Source: Mustelus asterias (Eukaryota). Taken from it: 64,000 bases of DNA. The notes beneath the pieces were generated by a model. It did no database searches. It saw only the letters and a program-made list of their open reading frames with translations, and was not told where the DNA came from. The position numbers were made by a program, and so were the translations under genes. The DNA is taken from assembly GCF_964213995.1 (NCBI RefSeq), contig NC_135817.1, positions 64,914,001 to 64,978,000 on the forward strand, written 5' to 3'. Within the stretch, counting starts at the first letter, position 1. Every line of letters starts with the position of its first letter. Shown here piece after piece: positions 38,429 to 46,295 of this stretch.

Positions 38429-39071
38429 AGAGAGAGCGCTGACAGGCCACGACTGGTTGAGACAGCCTGAACCAGCTCCCACCCAACCCCCGCAATCATA
38501 AGGCCTATGGCTAATTGTGAGCCCCACACAGCACGGAGCTTGATACCAGCCCCTGCTGCCTTCCAGACCGATTGCGCCCCTCCCCCCCAATCCAATCGCG
38601 ATGCAGAGCGGCAGCGGGCTCCCCTCCTTCCCCAATCGGGCTGCCCCTTTTGGCCCCACCCGCTGGCACTGCCAGGCTGACAGTGCCAAGGTGCTAGGCT
38701 GACAGTGCCAAGGAACATCCCCCCTTGCCTTCTGCCTCCCTGGGAGGGGGGTTGGCGGGGGCGGGGGGGGGGGGGGGGACACACCTCAATAGTCTCTGGT
38801 TCCACCAGCAAGGCAAACACAACTGTTCCCCTGACCAGAGAGAACCTCTCCCGGCAAGTCCACAAAGGTAACTGAGCCTGGACGATTCAGCGCCGGACTC
38901 GCTAATGCCATGTAAAGTAGCACTACAATAAATTAATTTACTCAGCCTCCCACCCACTTCCGGCACGAGGTGACCGCGCCGGAAATCTGGCTCTTGCACA
39001 CAATTTTACCAGTTTGATCCGCCCATCGATAGGTGGGGTGAGCCGGTAAAATCCTGGCCATGGTCTTTTCA

Positions 39072-39188
39072 CAGTAAGAGTTTTAACAACACCAGGTTAA
39101 AGTCTAACAGGTTTATTTGGTAGTAAATGCCATTAGCTTTCGGAGCGCTGCTCCTTCGTCAGATGGAGTGGAAATCTGCTCTCAAACA
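39072..39188 (-). mobile_element. Penelope-type pLTR fragment
   Basis: 12-bp TSD ATGGTCTTTTCA (39060-39071 and 39189-39200). Confidence 0.85.
39130..39166 (-). ncRNA. Minimal type-I hammerhead ribozyme, sense to ZNF654 pre-mRNA
   Basis: CCAT CTGACGA A GGAGC AGC GCTCC GAAA GCTA ATGG; core and stems intact. Confidence 0.72.
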
Positions 39189-39813
39189 ATGGTCTTTTCA
39201 GCCAGGGTTACATACTGGGAACTTCCCGTTCAGTTATATCAACTGTGAACATGAATCGGTGTAACAGATTTCCGGAGTTTGATACAATTTCCATTGATTT
39301 TTTTTTTCAGACTACGCTGCATTATACTTAACCACACTCCCACCAGTTTTGTTGCCTAAACCTTTTCAGATCTCTACCTTCCATCAAATTGTCTGACTTA
39401 TTCAGAAGGACGGAGGAGGAGAAATAACCTTTTATTGGGCATGCCCCTAGAACGGAAGAGGAATGAGAGACAGGCACCGGGAGTGAGACATCTTAACAAA
39501 AAGCAGGTCTTCTATTACCTCCATTGGTAGCCCTGCATTTATGCTCGCTTTACACCAGTTTTATGTTCCAGAGTAAGCAAATGAGCTCTGCAAGAAATTT
39601 CAGCACATATTCCCATCAGTTAAAATCATCAGAGTCTTATTAATATTGTTACCTATATAGACCTATGCCAAGTCGTCTTTTAAGCCCTTTGTAAGAATCT
39701 TATTTCATACTGGGCATTTCATAAAGTGCAGAAACTGCTAAATTTAGTCACATTGAAATTATCAGCTTAGTTATTTACAGCCCATTTCAAACAGTACAAG
39801 GTTGTAAATTTGG

Positions 39814-39819
39814 TTTATT
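39814..39819 (-). promoter_or_regulatory. Candidate intronic/proximal poly(A) signal of ZNF654
   Basis: AATAAA on the minus strand about 52 nt after the stop codon. Confidence 0.35.
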
Positions 39820-39871
39820 CAGAGTCACTTACTTATACTTTGAGAACTTAGTTTAAATCATGGAACTTACC

Positions 39872-42337
39872 CTAGTCACTGTCTGATTCCATTACAAACA
39901 GCGGCCTACAACTGTCTTGCGTGTTGTGCCTTTCTAATGCTTCAATGCTGTTGAAGATCATGAAACATTTCCGACATATGTGCCGTTCATTTTTCACATT
40001 AACTGCATTCGTATGTGAACTGGGAGGGTGATTTGAATCTGTGGCTAACTTCCTTCGTTTTGGCATACTGATATATCGTTCATCTAGGTAGCTTGGTGGC
40101 TGTGGTCTGTAGTACTTTTGTAGTCTGCCATAGGTCTTACGTTCTTCCCCATCATTACTACTCTTCTGTTCTTGGCTAGAGGATGGCTGCAAAGCTGAAG
40201 GAACCTTACTCTGCTGTGGTGGACTGCTGCTATTCTGTGACACTGTTGCAGCTTCTTCCCTCGCAACACCTTTTGAAACATCATTATGCAACACTGCTGA
40301 TGTAGACCCTGAGCTTGAAGCATCCGTAGAAAGACTGGTCTTATCAGAATCAGCAATCCCATCGCTTGACGCATCACCTGAGAAAAATTGATCTGTATTC
40401 GACTCACTCAAAGTTTCTTTCAGTTTACTGTGCCCATTTACTATTTGTTTATTATTAATGCAACCATTTATGTTGTCTGATTCAACAATCAAGGTTTGCT
40501 GATCTGATTCAATGGAAATATGCAGAGTATCACTCAGCGTGCCATTTTCATCTTGATTTCCACTTTGCTTGCTAACCATACTATGAAGGTAGGTCTTTGG
40601 TTCTGAAAACTCTTTTCGGGACTTCCACAATGGAACCAACAATTCCACAGCATTCTGCTCATGTTTCAAGCATTTACCTTCACCTGCCTTTGCTCGGTGG
40701 CTCAGTGCTTTGCTTGCCTGAAAGTTTATTTTATCACATTCAGTGAACCGGATGGATTTGTTGCTTAAGTAATGTTGTGCCTCATGCTCGTAAAGCATAT
40801 CGAGTTCATCAAACAACCTGTCACAATCATGAAAGCTGCACTGTGCTTGAAAAGCTTCATGACCCTTGGTATGAGTCGCAAGTTCTGAAGCAGATTTAAA
40901 CGTCTGGTTGCAGCCGCATTGTAAACAGAAGTGTAATTTAGGATACTGATGCTTTTTTAGGTGGTCAATTAAATGCTGGGAATACATGAATTTTCTTTGG
41001 CAATACCGGCACTTGCCCTTATACCACTTCATTAGGTAATCTTGCACATTTTCATCAGAGGAGTGAAATTTCCGTGCGTGCTTAGTCAGAAACTGTATCT
41101 TAGTGAAGACCTTTGAGCACCCATGGCCTGGACAAGAGAGGAAACCTTCAGTTCCACTCTCATTTACCTTTGTGTCTTTTGATACAGCACCATCTTGCAC
41201 CTGTTCTGGACTGCATAGAGCTCCATTATTTTTGTGCCTCGTGAAATTTTGTTTAGTAAGAACACAGTTCTTCATTTTCTTTTTGGTCCGAACAGCAGCT
41301 GCATCTGAACTAAATACTTCTTTTGTCATTTGATCGACCGCATCATCATTTGCTTGAGGAGCAACATCTTGGTTAGGATCTTCCTGAGTTCTCAGATGCT
41401 TGTTCTGTGCTCCATCCAGACCAGTTGAACAATGTGGCTCATCTGGAACATCAGCAACACTAACTTTAACATCCTCAGCTCCTGGTAACTTTTCGAAGTT
41501 ACTCTGTTCTTCTACGTTTGCAGATTCTGAAGTAGTTGATTGGTTTCCATTATCAAGAATTCCATTTACGAGCTCGCATGTTTCCTGCAGACCAGCAGTA
41601 ACACTGGAAGATTTTTGAGTTTTTGTGTGAGCAGCAAGTTCTTGTTTTTGAAGTTTCCTCACATGAGTCTTTAAATGCTTCAACATCTGTCCCCTCAATC
41701 TGAACTTTCTTGCACAAATTAGGCAAGAAAAGGCACCTTTTTGCTGATGAACCTGTGCATGACGTACAATGTGCCCACCAAGAAGCTCCTTTTTACACAA
41801 CAAACAGCGGTGCAGTGACGCACCGTGGCCATTTGCCCTGGATGCGTGTGGGTTTAGCGGCAACATCTTAGTAGGTTTTTCCTTGGTCTTGACTTCCTTA
41901 TTTCCATTAGACGAGCTGTCTCCATGCTTCGCAGTTAGGTCACATCCACGTGCGTTAAGTAAGGCCACTTTGTCACGCATTAGAGCGAGACAATTTTTCT
42001 TCAAAATGCGCCAGTCCCAAAATTCTGGATCAAAAGGCCAGGTGGTTTTTAAAACAAGCAGCAGCTCGCAGCGTAGAAAACTTGGAACCGAGCTAATAGC
42101 TTCAGTGTATAGCTGATCTGGCTGACTGTACAGATTTTCAACAGCATGAAAAGATTCTGATGTACACTCAGAGAAAAAAACAGAAATAGTGCAAGCTCTA
42201 CAGAAATCCAAATCATTTGGCAGCAGATACGAGAGTGTTTTACACACCAAAATTTTAGTATTTGGTTCATCTTGATAATCTATCCGTAGAGCACGTGCAC
42301 AGAGCTCCACGCAGAATTGCAAGCCTTCAGTTCCAAC
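39872..42337 (-). CDS. ZNF654: Zinc finger protein 654 (RLF/ZNF292 family), large last coding exon
   Basis: Acceptor gaatgttatag|GTT; VGTEGLQFCVELCARAL...LPNDL...FDPEFW is the RLF/ZNF292/ZNF654 conserved block; six C2H2 fingers, a terminal C2HC finger, PKRRK NLS-like motif and acidic end fit the ZNF654 layout; stop TAG 39874-39872. Confidence 0.92.
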   Translation of the reverse strand, partial: VGTEGLQFCVELCARALRIDYQDEPNTKILVCKTLSYLLPNDLDFCRACTISVFFSECTSESFHAVENLYSQPDQLYTEAISSVPSFLRCELLLVLKTTWPFDPEFWDWRILKKNCLALMRDKVALLNARGCDLTAKHGDSSSNGNKEVKTKEKPTKMLPLNPHASRANGHGASLHRCLLCKKELLGGHIVRHAQVHQQKGAFSCLICARKFRLRGQMLKHLKTHVRKLQKQELAAHTKTQKSSSVTAGLQETCELVNGILDNGNQSTTSESANVEEQSNFEKLPGAEDVKVSVADVPDEPHCSTGLDGAQNKHLRTQEDPNQDVAPQANDDAVDQMTKEVFSSDAAAVRTKKKMKNCVLTKQNFTRHKNNGALCSPEQVQDGAVSKDTKVNESGTEGFLSCPGHGCSKVFTKIQFLTKHARKFHSSDENVQDYLMKWYKGKCRYCQRKFMYSQHLIDHLKKHQYPKLHFCLQCGCNQTFKSASELATHTKGHEAFQAQCSFHDCDRLFDELDMLYEHEAQHYLSNKSIRFTECDKINFQASKALSHRAKAGEGKCLKHEQNAVELLVPLWKSRKEFSEPKTYLHSMVSKQSGNQDENGTLSDTLHISIESDQQTLIVESDNINGCINNKQIVNGHSKLKETLSESNTDQFFSGDASSDGIADSDKTSLSTDASSSGSTSAVLHNDVSKGVAREEAATVSQNSSSPPQQSKVPSALQPSSSQEQKSSNDGEERKTYGRLQKYYRPQPPSYLDERYISMPKRRKLATDSNHPPSSHTNAVNVKNERHICRKCFMIFNSIEALERHNTQDSCRPLFVMESDSD

Positions 42338-42799
42338 CTATAACATTCAAAAAACACATATTCAAAGTTATTTGATATTTGTATTACAAACTAGAGCGCA
42401 AAAACTTACTGAGTAACAAAAATACGTTGCTAAAGCCACAATGGAATATTTTGATTTGCATCGCTGTACAAAAAACAGAATGAGGACCAATACTAAATGG
42501 ATTATAGAAAAAAAAAAGCATTTTTGTAGAGAGTGTGCATCAGAAAAACAGTATGATTGTAGCTCCCTCACCACATCCCAGTAAAATAATAATGTATAAC
42601 CACCAGCAAAATATTATGCATACCTACAAACAAGGAAGCAAATATTCCTTTTTTAAAAAACGATACACATTTGGCTGCACAGAATTTTTGTCCAAATAAC
42701 GAACTCAAAAAGCTTGAAACATGAACATTGCCAGAAAAGATAGTTAAAAAGTGAATAGAAAAAAAATTAAAAATACAAACATGCTGCCTATCAATAAAC

Positions 42800-43460
42800 C
42801 AAACTGAAATCTCTAAAGGATAGATTTCTAGGAGTGAGCCACTGAAGTTCTTTGAGCCCTTTCTGGCCTTCACCAAGAGCACTGCTTATCTGCAAGTTAA
42901 GTCCATGGACTCACCTTCAAACCCCTCAAAACCCTTAGTTAAACAAATGTCCTCACCTCAGATTTCAAATTAACAGCTGAACTATCAATTGCCATTTGCT
43001 GAAAGGGAGCTCTAAACTTATAACATTATTTCCATGTAAAAAAGGTTCCCCAGCTTTCCCCAGAAAGGGGCCTAGGTTCTAATTTTTAGATTATGTCCCA
43101 TAATCTGAGCCTCCACAACCAACGGAAATAGAATGGTTAGAGATAAACTATCATAAAAATCCAATAAAATCCACCTCATAAGCCTAAATTCCAGGGTACA
43201 CAACCCTAATTTATGTAATCTCACCTCTTAATTTAACCCAATGCAGTGCAGGCGTCAGTCTGGTAAATCTATACTGCATTCTTTCCATGGCCAATGTATC
43301 TTTCCTAAGGTGTGGCCTTGAACACAGGTTTGGTCTATCAGGGCTTTATATCACTGCAGCATAACCTCTACATCCATTGTATTTTGGTCCTCTCGATCGG
43401 TAGCCCAGCACCCCATTAGTCTTTCTGTACCTGCCCATAACATTTTAATGATCGATGCAC
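42800..43460 (-). mobile_element. CR1 LINE 3' fragment, old
   Basis: ctggtaaatctatactgcattctttccatggccaatgtatctttcctaaggtgtgg is the reverse complement of the CR1 ORF2 C-terminus. Confidence 0.6.
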
Positions 43461-43590
43461 ATGGAGCATTATTCTTATATACAACACTATTCACTTGGAA
43501 TAGTAAATGCCGAAAGTTCAAGAATGACTATGGAAAGTAAAGGAAACAGAATACGCTGTTATTCACTTGCACAGCAGCAAGCTAACTTAC

Positions 43591-43732
43591 CTCATTCTGA
43601 ATAACCCTAATAAAGAGGAAGATATGATTGACATTTCTGGATGTTAGCAAAAGGTGATGACATTTCTCCAGGAAGTGTTGCTTGGATGCATCAAGTTTCA
43701 GCTGCAGCTTGCTCCAAACCAATATCAATTCC
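43591..43732 (-). CDS. ZNF654: ZNF654 exon
   Basis: Acceptor aatttacatag|, donor GAG|gtaagt; ELILVWSKLQLKLDASKQHFLEKCHHLLLTSRNVNHIFLFIRVIQNE. Confidence 0.92.
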
Positions 43733-44418
43733 CTATGTAAATTCAAAAGGAGTTGACAGCGATATGTTAAAAGCAGTGTTATCCAAAAAAAACACTGGAT
43801 GATAATTAGATGCTTATGCTCAATGAACTCTGCCATTTAGTTGTCTCTAGTCTGGCTCACCCAAGTAATTTTTGTATGAAGCATAAAGATAAAACTGCCA
43901 AGAAAGAGATTTTAAAAACTTCTAATTTGTTATCTTACACTTAATCCTACTGATAATACTCATATATATTTAAATCTAATGTTGCTAACAACCTGCAAAC
44001 CAATATTTAGGAAACACCACATTGCAGTGCCTTTATGAATGACTAACAAATTATTTAGCCCAATTACGATAGCTTGCATCAATGGAATAACTAAGTACAT
44101 TTTGAATAGTCAAAGGCAGGAAAACTGAGCAAAGGAGGGGAAAGAAAAGAAACCAGAGTTTAAAAAAAACACATCGGACCCATCATTCTTGTCAATAGCA
44201 CCCACATTTTTTAAAAACTTAATTTACAAAATAAGATTCATGCAATGTTTTGCAATTAATTACTCCCCAAGAATATTTTTTAAATAAGCAGAACTTGAAA
44301 CACAAATAGATTTCTGCACCATAATTAGAAAACAAAATCAAAATTAATAAATATAAATCACGGAACTAACACTATAAAAAACCCAAATCTGTCTCTGCAG
44401 AATAAACTATATTTTTCG

Positions 44419-44578
44419 ACTAAAAAAAAATCTTAAGGTTCTACATTTTTCAGAACAGTTGATCAACAGAATTTTTTTAATGGAATATAGCAATTACTAA
44501 AAAAACACCTTCGGGTTCTACATTTTTCAGAACAGTTGACCAGTAGAATTTTAAAAATTGAATATAGCAATTAATAAA
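44419..44578. repeat. Two-copy tandem duplication, period 77 bp
   Basis: ggttctacatttttcagaacagttga...gaatatagcaatta occurs at 44437 and 44514. Confidence 0.85.
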
Positions 44579-44822
44579 CATAGAAAATACTATAACTTGG
44601 AGAAAATTAGATGCAATTTTTAAGTTTATTTGATTTCTTCAGTATTGTAAGGTAAAAGCAAATGGAGGATGTAGATTCTGCCATTATAAAATATATATTA
44701 ACAATTGAATTAATTTCTGTCCAATACCCAGTATGGCGTTTTCAAATTTTTGTTCAAACAGTGCAAGTAATTTTATACCCACAACTGAATGACCAAAACC
44801 TCATAAGTAGTAAAATATTTAC

Positions 44823-44959
44823 CTAGTACAGTACATGTCTCCATTTCTGAGCTGCTGAGTAAGGAATGCCACACACAAAATCCAAGCTAATTCCACCTGC
44901 CCTTCTGAATCCAGTCTGCAAATAACATCAAGGGCTTCCTGACAGTCAATTTTGGCAAT
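44823..44959 (-). CDS. ZNF654: ZNF654 exon
   Basis: Acceptor cctatttgacag|, donor AG|gtaaat; IAKIDCQEALDVICRLDSEGQVELAWILCVAFLTQQLRNGDMYCT. Confidence 0.92.
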
Positions 44960-45279
44960 CTGTCAAATAGGAAAACAAGTGGGGAAAAAAAAAATCAACC
45001 GGAGTTCCTGGTCCTTTGATACTTTTCAAATGCTTGACATTGTGGTTATCCAAGAGAAATGTACTAATACCACTGTCAGGTTTGCCTTTCCTTTCAATGT
45101 GAAAAGTGCCTGCTCTCATTCACATCTTGGTCACTTTTACAAATGTCAGCTTTTTACTTCCTGAATCATTACACTAATTTCAAATTCATAGTGGAATTGA
45201 AAGATTCTGTAGTCAAACACAACAGTAAAAATGCAAAACTATTGTATGTCAGAAATTCAACAAATAAATTATTTTAAAT

Positions 45280-45990
45280 AAAAATAGAAAAATACTGGAA
45301 ATGCTCAGCAGGTCAGGCGACATCTATGGAGACAGAGCTGAGTTAGTGTTTCAGGTCAATGACCTTTCATCAGCACTGGAAAAGGTTAGAGACACAACAG
45401 GTTTGACACAAATGAAAGGGGAAGGTGGGAAAAAGAACATCTGTGATAGCTGGGGGGCGGTGGAGGGGGAAAAAAAGGTTAAACAATAAAAGCATGTCCT
45501 GGGACAACTAAAGGAAAAAATAGTCTAGAAGGGGTGTGAATGGCAGAATTGAGAAAAACAAGGTTCAAAGCAAAACCAGCAAAGAAAGAAACTAGATGGA
45601 CTAGAGGTTACAATCTAAAATGTTGACTTGAAGTTCATAAGGCTGTAAAGTGCTCAGTCAAAATATTTTTTTCTGAACTTGCATTGAGCTTCATTGCTCA
45701 GGCAGGTGGTGATGGGTTGTGGTGGATGGGGATTGGTTGGGCCTCTGTTCGAGGAAAAGGCAGAGAGTCCTCATGGTGGGAGGTGGAGGTATGGAGAAAT
45801 TGAATGCCCATGGTAAAGGAGGAACTTAAATTAGGCATCAGAAAAATAACAGAACATGCTGGAAAACTTCAGCAGGTCTGACAGCATCTGTGGAGAGAAT
45901 GTTTTGTGTCTGAATGCCCCGTTGTCAGAGATTTTCCAGCATTTTCTGCTTCTGTTTCATATTCCAGCATGTGCAGTAATTTGCTTTGAT
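45280..45990 (-). mobile_element. Second Penelope-type family, degenerate, with a decayed hammerhead at 45341-45377
   Basis: Minus strand AGTG CTGATGA A AGGTCA T TGACCT GAAA CACT AACT, then ...agatg..gcctgacctgctgagcatttccag as in 13452-13551; an inverted pair at about 45845-45985. Confidence 0.6.
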
Positions 45991-46092
45991 CATCAGAAAA
46001 GCTATTTTAGTCTACTTGTTACCACTATATAAAAGTCCTCTAGAACATTCAAATCAAAATGTCTACAAATGAGGCACATCACATGACATTAC

Positions 46093-46295
46093 CTCCTGCA
46101 GCAGGATTTCCTCTGGTGAAGAGCGGCATAGCCATGTTAAGAATAAGTGGAGAAAGTACTTGTTTGTGCCAGTTTGAGGATGATTTACACAGTATTTGGT
46201 CAACGTCATTGCTTCTCCAATATGCTTGTATTTCATCAAGTATTTCACTCTATATTCAAAGAACACTGGCGATTCTGATCCCAAGTATTCATTTA
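46093..46295 (-). CDS. ZNF654: ZNF654 exon
   Basis: Acceptor ttgtgctttaacag|, donor GAG|gtaatg; (V)NEYLGSESPVFFEYRVKYLMK...CVNHPQ...FLTWLCRSSPEEILLQE. Confidence 0.92.

Larger units (their letters stand above)
36364..39059. mobile_element. GC-rich MITE-like element split by a CR1 insertion
   Basis: TIRs GGGCGGAATTTTAC and GTAAAATCCTGGCC; left part 36364 to about 36613, right part about 38430 to 39059. Confidence 0.6.
34786..39266 (+). mobile_element. Probable solo LTR (about 1.2 kb net) split by several younger insertions
   Basis: TGTTA ... TAACA ends, AATAAA at 36318-36323, imperfect 4-bp flanks AATC and GATT; sequence resumes after each nested insert. Confidence 0.5.

Noticed and set aside
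37290-38495. 401-aa ORF as a host gene or novel RT fusion
   Set aside because: The N-terminus reads in from the flanking MITE and the C-terminus from the Penelope insert; it is a chance chimera around a 5'-truncated CR1.
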